From NCBI GenBank assembly GCA_030248215.1, contig JASANG010004046.1, positions 186,001-250,000 on the forward strand: a DNA stretch of 64,000 nt, given 5' to 3'. The stretch's first letter is position 1; every line of letters begins with the position of its first letter. Below are positions 12,901-27,900 of this stretch, one piece after another. Origin of the DNA: Enoplolaimus lenunculus (lineage: Eukaryota). The notes under the pieces were generated by a model. It searched no databases and had not been told where the DNA came from. It was given only the letters and a program-made list of their open reading frames with translations. The position numbers and the translations under genes are program-made.

Positions 12901-15900
12901 ACACAGGTTCCAGGTTTATTTCGTAGTATATTGTCAATAAATTCACACGAATATTGGCAAGATTTTGGATGAGTTGCACCCTGAAATATTACAAAACGAT
13001 GGTCTGATTAAAGACCGATTGCAGAAGAAATAAAGATCAAAGCGTCGCCAATCATTATGCTTAGGCTTATGCTTAAGATTCTTAGAAACTCTATGAAGAA
13101 ATTATATGAGGTTGATGTATCTTTCTTGAAAAAACCTTTCGTTATTTAAGAAACTTTTGATGTAAATTTTTCTTTTATAGCTAACTTTTATAAATATGAA
13201 CAAAAAGTGTGCTCGCGGTAGTCAAATAATTATATATCAGGGTTCAACCGGAATTCTTGCAAAATTCAGTTCCTATTCATGTTCGTGCAGTCAAAGATGC
13301 AGGAACCTTAATTTTACGGTTTTGTGCAAATTATTCATAATCATTTAAATATTTGAAACATTGTCTTTAAAAATATGTCTACATGAGTGTTTTTGCAATT
13401 AGTTCAATTTTTTGTTAATAAACTGTTACATAAAAATATACTGTGGTTTCGCAAAATTTTACAATGAAATGGCTCAAAATTCGCTTAAACCATTTTTGGT
13501 TAGTTTTATGAAAAGTTCAACAGCAATTCGGTGATAAAAATTAGTTCAATTTCCTGTTCCTGTTCCTGTTTTGGCAGAATTCAGTTTCTGTTGGAACCCT
13601 GATATATACTTATATAATATATATGTATATACAAACTGAAAACTAACCTGGCAATGTAAGTTTGTACACGTCGATACACTTTTGAAATCTTCTCGACACG
13701 GTCGAGCGCACTAAAACAAATTAATTATACATATAAATACGCAGCTTCACTGTAAAACAGTATTTTAGGGTCATTTACGCCAATTATTGGACGGGGATGT
13801 TGCCAGATGGCACCAGGGAGGTTCAACCTCTCAAAAAATCTGGTCGCCTCCAGATATATTTCAACCTCACTTCCATTAAGTCATCTGAAACTCTTGTATC
13901 CAACTCCTAAAAACTTTTAGTACCTGTAGCAATGTGGGCTAAAACTACGATCGTGTTATTACCAAGAGTTTAAACGTTTTTAAGGAACTTGGTGATTTGA
14001 ACTTCAATTTTAACATTTGCTTTTCGTACGTTTCGACTGAGCACTTTAAGACCAAAGAGGTGAGTTTTTCTACTTATGTTTTTTCAGCACTAAGGTTTAC
14101 TGTATTTAAATACAACTCAGATAAACGAAATTTACAATTTTTCCTGATTATCGGAATTTTACTCTTTCGGTTTAGCAATAGATTCTTACTTAACCATGGG
14201 ATACCGAAGTTTAAATTTGAAAGTAATGCAGCCAGTTGGCCAATATTCTAGCAGCAGCAGGCTTGCTAAGATTTTAGAAAACAAGATCATGATCATGCAT
14301 TTACATTTCAAATGTGTTTTATCCGTTAAACTGAAAAATCTCCGAACAACCTTGGCAAAAATCACAAAATGGATATTTGACTCGTAACCTACCACTGGCT
14401 TCGCAATCGCTTAATAGTAAAGGGTTTTCCAAATTTCTATTGCACCCAGCCCTTCCCGTTACGTTCTTGGAACCATATCAAATATTTTTGATTAAAATTC
14501 TGCCCCGAATTTGATTTTCAAACAAGATATCCGGTTGAATTTCAAATTTTAATCGCATTAACTTTCTCAAATGACGCAAGAACTCTGTTCGCTCGACCAT
14601 TTTGTGTGCTAATCGAAGTATTGGACAGCCACGAAACTACTTAATCGGTCACCGCGTTTAAATTAGTAAAGTATACCCTCACTCAGCCGCGTTTTACATA
14701 ATCGGACAAATTCGTTATGCGCAAAGGCCTTTGTAAATATGAATATTAAAATAACACTTAAAATACTTTTTGTTTTGACTTGGCTATGGAACGCAGAAAA
14801 TATAACTGAAGTACCGCTGGTCCACAAAAGGTTCCCGGAAGATTGGCTTAGCGAGGATTTTGGACACAGAAGATTAATATGCTCCATGAAAACTATGAAG
14901 GGGACCATGTTCTTTCCTTGATTTGGAGAGGGCCATTCTACCCTTGTCCCTGATTCCGACAAATTAACTTTTTAGTACAACAGTCAAAAATTTAAAACTT
15001 TTTTAATTAACTGTTAGACGCTTAAAAGTCCTATAGGTTTCAGAAAATTACTGGCCGAACCGTCCAGACTTAACGCGTTGACAGCAATTCTTTAAATAGG
15101 GGTTATCGATAGCGGTTTTAAGGTTGATTTGCAGAATTTTGCCACTGACTCATGAAGGATTGTAGAAGGTTAATCCTAAAGCGTGTAAAAGACGTAACGG
15201 TTTCTGACAATTTCGGTATAGTCGATAGTCATGACATGCGCCTAGCTTTTTAGACAAAGATGTCTAGTCATAGTCTTGGACAGGATTTAATAAAAAGTCT
15301 AACTCAAACGCTTTTTAATAAGACACAATTTGTCACCCTTATAGAATTTCAATTACACGTTTTCCGTCTGTTTGCCCTTAATCCATGCAACGCATTTGAT
15401 AATGGTTTATTTCTAATTGAAAAATTTCAAGTGGCAGAAGAGACATTTATTCCTGTTGCCAAAAGCTGGTCTGAGACTCTAAAAATCGGGCCTGATATTT
15501 CGATATGCGTTGTTGACAAGTTCTGTGGGTACGCGCTGTAGAGTTTTTCATTGACCTTAGACGACTGCGATAATCAAGTACGCCAATATATTAGCAACAA
15601 CGGTTGCTGTCCAGATGTTTTATCTTGTCAAGTGGTTCAAGTTTCTTCTGGCTCTCCGGGCGTATATCGGGTACAAGGTTGCACCGGCCGGCCCGCCTTG
15701 CGTGTGCCGGGTAGCAACGGCGCACAAGCCATGTGGGGGGCAAAGGACTGCGCATGTTTCGGTAGTCATAAAATTTTGCATTGCAAAACAATTTGACAAA
15801 AATAAAAAGGATACAGCATCACTAATGTTAAAACTACGTTCGGTAGCTGGATCGCTTCACTCGCAAGGTTTCTTTCACCACGATATATAAAGTGTATGTG

Positions 15901-18900
15901 GTCACTTAGTTTTTAGATTTGTTGTTTGGTATCTGCCGGTAGGTCGGATAGCCAGTTCACCCCTGCGTGCCGAGATCCAAGCTACCTTTACTACATCTGA
16001 GTACACTTTCAAGTTTTAGTTTCCGACGTAGACTTTTAAACCATCGCACGAGAAGGTCTCTAGCCGGATGTCGATTATGATGAGTTTAATAACATGTGTC
16101 AGGCTGGAGCCAATGGATTTTGTGTCCCAAGGGTAAATTAGAAGCAGACTGTCGGAAAACTTAGTATTGAGAGAGGTACACGTTTCCTGTTAAGTTTTCA
16201 AATCTACGAAAGTATAGAAATGAAGAACTATATAGAGGCTCCGGTAGCTGGACCTTTAGCAACATATAAATAACTGGCCACGATCTATGATGGTTCGTAT
16301 TCATCGGCGTATATGATGTGCATGAATATTAATTTGTATTAGCTAACATATATTTATTACAGAAATAAATTTACTAAACAATCCGAAAGGTTACGGCCCT
16401 CCTCAGTTTTTATATCCAGCTGCGCCTACAGTTCACATTGATGAAAAAAACGTTGTCAATAGGACCCCTTTCGACCAGTTTTAATCTAGCTACACCTACA
16501 GTTAGCGGGGGAAAAAGAACGCAGTCGAAAGTTACACCGATAAATCGCTCAAGCTTAGGCATCTCGTATTCCTAGAAAACATGTCCTTGCGTATTAGATT
16601 CTGGCTTAACCCCTTCTCACATTGAGTTGCCTATAGGCAACTCAGCGCAGTGAATATACGTTAAATAATATATATCGCACCGTGTTTAACAATTGCAACA
16701 CGTATACATAGTACTAAATCTCCACAAGACGTGAGAGCCCACTCGGGCTCGAGCGTCAAGCTCATATAGCTGAGTGGTGATGGTACACGCCTCCCACTCC
16801 AGTCACTGGAGTTTGAATCCTAGCATAAAAGTAGGTCTCAGGGGAAATAGAAAATATTCATGTGAGAAAGGGTTAAAGTTAATGCAATTATAGTTTTATT
16901 GACATGTATAATGTAGAGGATTATTGAAATACTGTAAAAGTGTCGTTTACTCGTTTTTTTCACAAATTTAGGCCGCACATTTTTCTTATCCTCTACCCCC
17001 ACGTCAAAGAAACTAGTTCATGCGAAGTTGAACTGTTGGCTTAATGAGATTTGGCCGAGTGAGACTAAACCTACTAAACAGATTAAAAATGCTTTTTAAA
17101 CCTGTAGTTTAAATCGAGTTGTCTATAGGCCCATGTTTGCAGGCCAATGTATACAACAGGGCCATAACAGTAGTATAAGCGTATTCCTAAGCCTAGGCAT
17201 AAGCTTAAGCGTAAGAACGAGCTTATACTTAAGCCTACGCCAAAAAAAGCATAAAACTTAAGCTTATTCTATTGCAGTTCTGCAGAAAAACGTTGCATCC
17301 CTGATCTTTACATAAGTCGTTTAAGTGTACATATTTACAACAACGCAGCGCCTCCAATGTGTTTATAAGAATACGGCCCTTCAGTACAGACGTAAACCGA
17401 CCATAAAGAAAGCGTTTTGAAATTTGACCGTTTAACCTAAATGTTTACACAACGTTGTCTATAACATTGAACTCCATTTGTTATGTTCCGATTTAATTTT
17501 CCTTGAAATAAGATACGTTTTAACGTCTACGTAACCAAGATTAAATTTAAATAAACAGCAGGGTCAAAATTTCGCGTCTCCAAAGTTAAATTTGTTACCC
17601 CAGACTTACAGACGCCCATTGGGTGCCTAGGCTTAGCAGCTGGTGTTGATTTTGAGTAAAGAAGGACCCAGTCGTCCGCATCCGCCTTCAGGAAGACTTA
17701 TCGCCTTAAGTTGAAAATGTTGACTACGTTTAAAAACATCAAACCTTGTACGTTCCTTCATTGTGCGGTTTTAGAAATTGTCTGATTTTAGTATAACATA
17801 AGTTTTAGGCTCAGGCTTTGGCGTTAATAAGCCTTGTGAGTTGAAGTGTACAAGTGCCAAGGACTCGATGTTCATCAAATTTTGTTTGCCGCAACAAAAA
17901 CTTTTGTTATGCTCTTTGTGGCTAACATAGCTAGTGTTGGTGACGTGTGTGAATCCTATTGGGTGTTTCCACCGTGAGCCCCTTACATTTGTCCTTTTAA
18001 AAACGAGTTTAGATGTTGGGTGGTGTATATATACCTGAAATGGATCCAAAAATCGATAAAAACGGAGGTTCAGCTTATTTTGAAGGATATTTATGCAAGT
18101 TATAAATCGCACTGAAAGCAAGTGAATAGCTCAACCATACAGAGATTGGATAATTCTTTGCGGTAACATTACAAATGGGCGCCTGAGGTACTCTCCCAGG
18201 AGAGCAAAGTGTGTTCGACCACCTCTCTTAAAATCGCCGCCCTTGTACGATTGGTCAGCCAAAGTTGTTTGTCTTGTCAGGGGCTCTTGAGTGTTCCAGC
18301 TGTGTTGTTGTCCACTCTAGTCTGCCAGCCCGCTAGGCATATATCTACCACTTGAGTGCTTAAAACTCCATTTAGGCAAAATTAAATTAGTGCTGTCACA
18401 CTTGAAGCCTATGGGTCGCGGTGTGTTTACATGGATGCTTAATGAAGTAGAGACACCGACAGACTACTAGGGGTTAGCCATGATCCCACGACGCTTTAAC
18501 TTTATTTTTGAGTTTATGACGACCGATTGTATAAGCGATAAACTTTTTTGAAATTCAAGATTCAGCAGATTCTAAATAAGTGAAAGTGACTTTTTCTTGT
18601 CTTCAAAATTTTTGGAAACGGAATATATACCTCCTGCACATAGACGACATTGAGCGTGCTAGACACACAGACAAATTGTCCCATTTATCAATTATTAACA
18701 CACGCAATAAACGTGTATATATTGATGTATTTTGGGCCATTTGAACGTTAGTTGAATTTGTCGTTAGAATAAGGTAAAACGAATTGGAGCACGGCGCGTG
18801 AACACGGGGGAAGATTAGTAAAGTGAATTACCCGATCACGAATGTTGAGATGAAACTAGAAAACAGCCGTTTTACAGGCCGTTTATCCTGTTGGATTCTA

Positions 18901-21900
18901 GAGGGGAAAAATCTCATTCGATGCGCTTTTTCGCCGGAAAGCATTAACACGAGGTCATGCACTTCCTAAATGCAATTTCGGTCACGCCCGGTTGTGGTGC
19001 CGGTTTCAGTGTTCATAAATCCCTAGAACGTGATGGAATGTTTATACACCAGTACAAGTTGACAAAATTTTCTTGGATCATTCCAAAACCAGCAAACCAG
19101 AGTGTTGAGTGGGTAAGAATTTTTTACCTAACCAAGCCAAACGAGTAGTTTAATGATCGCATATAATTTGCACTTAAATGGAGTTTTGCGTTAATGGCTT
19201 CAACCAATTATACGCTTGAAAGTTTACTAGAAACAAACAAAATTTCAAACCAACCTTAGTAAAGCACCGTACAGCAACTGACCATAAGTAAAGCAGGCAA
19301 TTGCGTACGTTTTGAACCTTAACACTTAAAAGCTTGGCGCCGGTAAAAACTATGAATTTTTACCCGTGTGATACAAATCTTTATCCACGGTTATTCCCGC
19401 GGCTGAAATGTTTTACTTGACCCGCGTTTAGCCGTGGTTACCCGCGGGTAAAGTCTCACTCTGCAGCACACATGTGCATAGCCTGATCCTTCGTCCAAAC
19501 CTTAACGATAAATGCAGAGCAAGGCGCACAAGTCGAATATGTCTCTTGTACACCCCTAATTTTACAACTATTTCATTGTAGGACTAAATCGATTTAGGAC
19601 CACTTACCATTTTAACACATTTCTCTTGTTTTCGATTCAATTTTCTTTATTTCAGTCATAGTTTTCGCAAAAAAAAGTACGTACACGACACTATGTTAAG
19701 TTCATAATTTAGAATATTGTCAAATACTTACTAACATTTCTCACACATGTTGACGGCCGAAATTACCTCCAATCCACTGCGACACCGGACTGTTTATGAA
19801 CGATCAAGGATATTGAATCTCACTCATATGTTTGCTTTTAAATTTAAATATTTTCAAATTTCAATTTGCTGTCAAAATTTTACAGATTTTCTTCTAAAAT
19901 GTACAGAATTTTATATACTTGCGAGGGAAAATATTTATAAGAGCGAGCTACGCTTGGTATATTGTAATCGGTGTTGCTATTTCGTGAACAAGAGGGTCCC
20001 TGAACTCGACCCAAATAAATATATGTATGTCCGTGATGGGCGGCCTCTGTCTAAATCTCGGTATTTCTGCCCGTCTCGGGTTTTGATCGATACCACCCCT
20101 CCATGATGGTTGTAGGGACTATGATATACTTTAAAATGCCGTGTCAGGAGAATGTAACAACCCCGAGACCTTGCGCCTACCATTTTAGAAAGTTTATTAA
20201 ATTTAAAAACGACAACTAACACGTTTAGGTAATTGTGACACCACTAAATTTCTTTACACAGTTTGATATTTGCCCTCCCTAAATCTAAAATCCAACAGTA
20301 GTTTCCTATAGCAATTTGCGAGAACGTTAACCAAAACTCACCGTCGCCTAGATAAATTCTAGCGTGCCTGGTGTAAGCTTAACGCACATTAGCCCAGCTG
20401 TCATCACCAGGCTTTGACATTCCTACCAATTGTCAAACGGCAGACAATAATGAAGACACAGGCTATCGACACGGGGACGCATATAATGAAATATTCCTAT
20501 TAAATTTCAAGAGAGAAGATATAAGTACTTTTATCAGGCTTTAGAATAACTTTCTCAATTCTAGAGGCTAAAAAAATTTCACTTGAAGTGATACTCTATC
20601 GAACGAAAACCTTGGCTACGCCCCTGAATGGAGGCTGGTTATAGCTCATAAGCGAGAAGGTTACACATGGCAAATTGACCAGTTATTAATTATTTAACCT
20701 ACAGACAAAATATATACGTAACACATTTGGTGTGGTTTAAAAGTATTCGATTAGCGACTGCAATATATAAGCATCTTTATAGTTCCGAGATGAACGGAGT
20801 TAGCTTACCCAAATATTGCACCAAAGGCCTGGGCGTTTGTTGAATGCACGCTGGTTTCATATCTGACATCAAACCTAATCTATGGAAAGATCAGTGATCA
20901 CAAAAGCCGAAGGATGCGTGTGACTCTAAATGCATTGGTTTGAACGCGTGATAGTACTGTACGAAGCTCTAACCCATGTACAGATTAGGGAAGGAACGGT
21001 TTTTGTGGGACTGCAATAGAGTAGTCTTAACCTTTAGACTAATTTTTTGCTTAGGCTTAGGTATAAACTCATTAATACGCTAGGGTTTATGTTTAAGAAT
21101 ATGCTTATACTACTGTTACGGATCTATTCTATGCATTGGCCGAAACTTGAATACAACTTAAGGATAGGTGCGGCCAGTCTTAATCACCTTTCCATACACC
21201 GATGGCTTTAGGAACCAGTATATTTGCATACCAGAGAGCATACGCGTGGATAGATGCGAATAGCAATATAATACTATATTTCCGCCTACTGACATATACC
21301 AGAAACGAATAGGGAATGCAAAAACCCTGTATCAGATTAGTTTTCAGATTGGGAAAGCCAAAATAGTTTTCATATTACAAATACCAATATCTATTTTTGC
21401 CAGAAACGGACATCCGTTTGCTCGCTGGGTCACAGATATTGCATCCACTTTAGAATATATCGAAAATATTTCATTTCAATTATCTCAGTAGACGAGTAAA
21501 GCTGATTAGAAGGAATGTTAGCCGGTAGGAAGCGTTCATCTTCTACGCTGCAAAACACTTGAAATGATGAGAAGTCGGTAAACTTTTAACACAAACACTT
21601 CAGCTTTTAGTCAATTTGTTACTAAGTGGTCGCCCCACCTATTGAAATAAATTAGTTTTTACAAATTTAAGATGCCAATATTACATCTGCAGCTAAGCAG
21701 GCTTAGAATTTACTAAATATTCTAAATATTCTTTTAGAATGTGATTAGCCAAAACCGTGAGTGCTAACATTTGAACGAAATTTCGGAGTGATTCTTGTAC
21801 AGTTTCCTCAACATTAAAGATTGAGGCTTTACGTTTAGGTAACAGTTTAGGCAAATGGTTATTCTTCAATTAAGCCTGTGCCAAAACTTAAGCCTGAGGT

Positions 21901-24900
21901 ATAATCTTAAATCTGAAAGAGTATTTGTAGTGTTATTTTTTAATTTTTGACTTTTGTTGTAATTTTGTGGGGTGGCACCGAACAATTTTGGGTGCCCCTA
22001 CAATTGCAATGCAAGATTGTTTACTTTTATACCGAGTCTATATTGGGGTACCAGCCAAATTTGGGGGAGAGGCATGACCCCCAATAACTCACGCGGGGAT
22101 GCCCTTAATTTTTCGTAGAATAACTCTTTCAAATAGCACTTTTTTATGATTTCCTGCTGCTTTGGGCGAAATTTTTTCAATTTTTGTTTTATAACTTTCC
22201 GATTAAAAAATACTGTATATAACTTAAGTTTACTGTCTTGCGCACGGCGGTGTGCGGTAATTTTTAATACAAACTCTTACAGCGCCACACGCCGGCGTCC
22301 GGCGGCGCGCGGCGAGTATAGCGCAACTTTTGTAGACACATTCACCATCGCGATTAACACTGCATTGGAATAATTGTTTTCGCCAATTTTAGCTCAGGCC
22401 ATCGAGATTAATTGTTCAAAATTCAAAACCCTTTCTTAAATTTGATTACAAGCTAGTTTGCTATCCTAGTCCTTAATTGTAAACAAAACGACTGAGGTGA
22501 ATTAGCTAAAAACGTTGTGTTATGATTTTTAGTGGCTATTAGCCAATTTAATAACTAAGACGTCATATATAAGATTTTGGTTCGAAAAGGGTCATGCTAA
22601 TTACATAGGTATATAACTTGAGTATATATAAGTTGATTTGTGACAACATTTAGACTATTAACTAATATATATTGTTCTAAAACCATAGCAGAACCATGGG
22701 ACTCGTAGTTCCACGCCTCTGCAAGACGTTTGCTAAACATCAACCCAGAATTTTAGAATATAGTACGTGTAGCACACATTGCCAATTGGTGCTATTTTAT
22801 GTGAATTTAGTATAACCAGCAAATTCAAAGCTTTGAAAATTTCATGAATTGCCTGAAGCTGGAAGACTCAGATATTAATACCTTCCCATTTAAATAACAG
22901 ACTACACTTACGCACAACAACGAAAAATGAGGAAGCGATTCTCAGTGTGTTGAATTGTGGAAGGGCAAATCAACCTCCGTTACCCAAATGACGCTGAATC
23001 TTTTACATTCAATATTTCAATGTACCAAACTGTATAACTTCGGGCAGCACATTCCTTCCTATCAGAGTTATAGCTTAAAATTTAGTTCTGCGGAACCACT
23101 AGGACGTTGTCATTTTATTCACCACCCCTCGTACCCAAACTTATATCCTCAGATGTCGATTCAACCACCGCCAACAAATTGACTAGCTATCTCAGCTGCG
23201 AGACAAACTCACACTACCGAAGCTAGTTTAAACAAAAGGGCCTAGTAGCAGAAGCGATGAGGGGAGTCGCTGCCGAGGGAACATTCGCATACCATTGGTC
23301 TAAGCTCTTAACAGTGTTTCAGCCATTTACGTAAAACACGACGGCTGGCCCGTTTTACTACAAAAATTTGTCTGACTTTTTTTTCAAATTTTACACAGAG
23401 TGCTGCTATTAATTCTTAGAATACAACTACCCCTTTTGCTTAACGCAAGACGCGTTTGGGACCGCTTCACTGTGGTGGCGTGAAATTGTCCACCCGACCG
23501 TCTAAACAATTGATTCTGCCTAAATTTAGAACGGACTAAATTTAGAACAATTCTTAAAACTGGAAAACTGAGAGTGTGAGAATGGTGTGACACATGGGCG
23601 CTGCCACAGCTATGATTCTAGTTCGGGTAGGGTCACTTCAGTTAGTTAAGTGTATATGGGTTTGTTACCCTATTTTTCTCAGCTACCATTTAGATATTAA
23701 CAGATAAATTTGTCAAACTAAGTGAATAAAATCTATGGTAAATTTGGTCCCAACTCTATTTACTTCCCTGACACGTAAAATAGTTCATCGTACCAGATGG
23801 TTTGAATTTTCGGCTTGTGTTGCTTGTAACAAACAGTAATTATTGGTGTGAATATGGTGGCTTGGAATAATGAACGCTTAAGTGCCGCCTTGAGTACATT
23901 CTACTTACTGCTTACCTTAGGACCCGTAGTGTCAAATGTGTGTAGCACCTATCAACAGTTGGTCAGTGGTCTTACAACCTTCGAGTTCGAAAATGGTGAC
24001 GTTCGAAATTCAGCACATTTTTCGCATGTGATTCGCCCTACTTCTGTGTCAATTTTGAAATAGCAATTGCGCAAGTTCATCAGTGCGCAAACCTATGGTT
24101 CATTGACAATAGGTGCTACACGCATTTGAGAATTTGTAATCAAGGCAGTAGCAGGGTCGTAGACATTTATTACGAAATGCAGGTGATTGATGCGGTACGG
24201 TGTTGGATGGCGGGTGGCAGCGTTCGAGGTCGCCGAACACCGTACGGCACATTTAATGCCCCACTCGTATCAGTAAGGGCTAGAAATATTCAGGTTCTCC
24301 TTTAATTCACCGCTAAACCACACAAGATACAAGTTTAGCATTCCCGTTGTGTGACGCGTGCCTCCATAAATATTTGCTTCCGTGTTCAGAAACCAAACAT
24401 ATTAGCTATGTAATTATTTTAGTTAACTAAAATTATATGCATTATTCAGCCAGACTAATAAATAGCTAAAGACTTAAGGCAAGTCAGGGCGTAGAGCCGA
24501 TAATACATGGGGAATTGATGAATTGACATTCTACGGGTAAATTTCATATAAACACAAACATTTTTAAGCCTTCACATCATGGTAAATTTTGATAACAAAA
24601 GATCATTAGCATTTTATTGGTGCCCTCAAAAATAAGCGAGCCATAAACGCAGGACTTACCGATGAGCAGTTATCATCATTTCGACATAATTGTATAATCA
24701 AATGCTTAAGTTGACGTTTCTTGACACCTTTGGCCTAAAAATACAAAAACAAATTAGTTTTATGTACAATCACTAGTTTATGACAATATTACATAGCTAC
24801 CCTAAATACATATTTATTCACTCAGTTGTGTTGTGTCACAATTACTGTTGGGACTGCTTGTTAATTGTATGTTTCTGGCTTTAAATAATGGCACGATATG

Positions 24901-27900
24901 CTTTTTCTTAATTTTACTCCCCTTCGAAATTATGCCTTATCTTCAAAGACATAATATAACGTTCCGTATTGTACGTTTTACGACTAGTGTTTCTGTTTAC
25001 TAAAAACTTTTTGATTTCTGTAATCGAATTCTCAGTCAATTGTGTATGGCGTCTATCGGCGGTTAATATTAAATTCTCAAATAAGAGTTCTGAGCAATCT
25101 AGGAATCGAAAATTTCGCCTGATAACAGTATTAATTGAAATATTGAATACAGTAAATGTGTCAATTTCAATGCTTGCTCAGCATTTAGTGGTTCAACGGT
25201 TACAATACCTATTACCAACTGCTGATAGGTGCTGCAAAGATTTGAAAGTATGGACACGGATTATAACATCATGTCTTTGACTTTGAAAATGTTAATGTTT
25301 TTGTCTTAAAACTAAATTCTTTAACAAAATTATACGAATACATAAACACGCAAATATATATACACGGGTAGATCATAATGAAGGCCAGGAAAGCCGCGGC
25401 CTTCATGTCACCGCCCTCAAGGAGAAAGGCCCAAATGTTCCAAAAAAGACAATGTTAAATGAAGAAATATATATTTTGACCCAAGTTTTTCATTGTCCTT
25501 TTTGAATCCCACAAGACAAATTGGTCCGAATGCCCGGGTGCCGGTTGGATTATGTTCTACCCATGATAATGTGTATAAACACGTTTTATTGTTTTGTATC
25601 TACAGATATGTGAAAACGAGATGTTAGTTTACCGCTCTTAGTTTCGTTACCGTTACAAGTTACAGAAAATTAATGTCGCTCATCATCGCTCTTATTTCAA
25701 GGGGTATAGTACTATGCTTAGACTCACGCTTAAGACACTGTCCAGGTGACAAGTTGCCGGCTGACGTATTGTCGTAAATCCCCCTGCATTTATGGCCACC
25801 ATGCTGCAAGAGCATTTTGCGTCTTAAAAGACTGGTTAACCTGCAATTATGTTGTGCTGGTGCGATTCAAAAATTTTAAAAGCACCCATCAATAAGGCTA
25901 TATATTTTAATGGTCTGAAACGCGCTTGCAAGCTAATAAAAATACACATTAGCGTTCAAATTTGCACCCCCTGTAATGTTTTGTTTCAAATATAATATAA
26001 ACGTATGAGAGGACCAGGTGTAAGCGATAAAATTAGCCAAAATTTTCTTTTTCAATGCCGTCTGCTTGTAAAATCAGTCGCAGAATGACACAGAAGTGCG
26101 CAGAATATGACAAGATGTAATGAACGGTGGCATAAAGCAAAAACATTAATAAATGAATAAATAAATAAATAAATAAATAGATGGATCATCGTGATGAAAT
26201 ATGACAAATAGTGACAACAAACGAAATAAACAAGCAAATACAAACAAACAAACAATCTAATAATGCACTCATTTTCATACCAAATCTCTGGCTTCTCCCA
26301 TGTCCTGTTGGTAGCCAGAGCTGCAGCTACAATAATGGTGACGGGTGGCCTACTGCAAATATCTCTGCTCCCTATTCAATTGAAACTTTTTCAGCAGTAT
26401 TTAAAGAATTCTATGTTTCGAAAATATTTTTCGGTCTTTCTCGAAACATTGTGGACCCTCCATGACCATGAAACGTTATTTCGCCCTGCATTGACAATTC
26501 CTGTTTGACAGGCGGGCGGGGTTGAATTTAGTGAAACTTTGTAAATACCCAAATGACAATCTCAGGTTGGCACAAACCATTCGAACCGGGTCGCTGTTAC
26601 GGTTCATTTCAGCAAAACAAGAAGTTTTTATTTATATATAAGTTGAAAGTGATACTGCAACTATACTATATTAGTCCATTAGGAATATTATGACAACAAA
26701 CAAAATAAATATATAAACAAAACAGTCATATAAAACAAATTAAAGTCGAATTTGAGGGGCACCCATGATGGTCTGCGCTTTTGCACAATACTCCGATAAT
26801 ATATTAGTAGAAAGGAATAAATCCGGCAGGCAGGAGCCGACCTAAGGTTGCGTCTGGGGTTAAGCGGCCCATGTAAAGATCAGGGGCGGAACGTTTTTCA
26901 GTGGGACTGCAATACAGTAAGATTAAGCTTTAGACTAATTTTTTTGCTTGGTATAGGCTTTAGGCTTAGGAATAGGCTCATTCTTACGCTTAGGATTAGG
27001 CTTAAGCTTAGGCTTAGGAATATGCTTACAATACTGTTGCGCCCGTGTTCTTTACGTTGGCCAAGCCTTCTTATCGGTTTTTTCCAGTGTATTTGCTGTT
27101 TCAGTAGCCATAGAAGGGATATATTCACCGAAATTTGTAGAAAGACTAAAAAACGCACTGTTATAGGCTGTAGAATAAACCGTTGATTCACACAATTTTC
27201 TCACTCGCTATGCTCGCTCCGTAAAAATTTTTACACTAAATTAATCTCTCCCGAAATGAAATCCAGGCTACGCCTCAGATGTGGATCAATTAAACTTTTC
27301 TACGTTGACCTGTAAAACAGTCGAAGAACCTCTTCTTTGTGTTTAAGAATGACAGAACTGTTCTTTACTCGTAATGTCTTTTCAAGGCCTAACTTTAATC
27401 GAACAGTGCCTTAAATGCAAATTTATCACAGAAGCCATTCTAAGAGCTAGGCCCATATTTCCAAATGCATATAGCACCTATCACCCGTATGTTTTCAAAC
27501 TAATGAACTGTTGCAATTGCAGATATCAAACTTTGCACAGAAGTGGAGTAAGTCGAATGCAATAAATGTGCTGAATATCAAACCTCACAATTCCCAGGTT
27601 CAAAACTTACAAGACTTATCACCAACTAACTATTAACAGGTGCTACACACATTTGAGTATACGGGCTCTAGCTATAATGTTATTGTGTGCTAGTAACTAC
27701 AATTTGCTATTTCAAAAACTGAAAATAATAATTTCAAAAACATCATTTAAGCTTTCTCGGCCGTGTTATTAACCAGTTTGTTCCAATTAACATTGGTCGT
27801 TTAGTCATACTTGTGCGAACTTTAATTGATCCAAGCTATTTTCTTATATCACCTTCGCCCACAACATTTTCTCATTTGGAAACACTCACACTTAAACCAG

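Noticed and set aside
14392..14480. Possible extra exon ending at a GTAGGT donor
   Set aside because: No good acceptor, and exon 2-3 joining (CSS|CARPC) already gives anosmin-like spacing.
16755..16830. Functional tRNA gene
   Set aside because: A/B-like boxes are present but no convincing cloverleaf or acceptor stem, and it lies inside a MITE.
17771..18480. ORF and GC-richer tract with GGDF and IYTPP strings suggesting a LINE endonuclease
   Set aside because: The motifs are in the wrong order and are interrupted by stops, so the call is unsupported.
26940..27030. TTAGGC tract as a true or interstitial telomere
   Set aside because: It is short, degenerate and always attached to the same repeat head, so it is part of a dispersed element.
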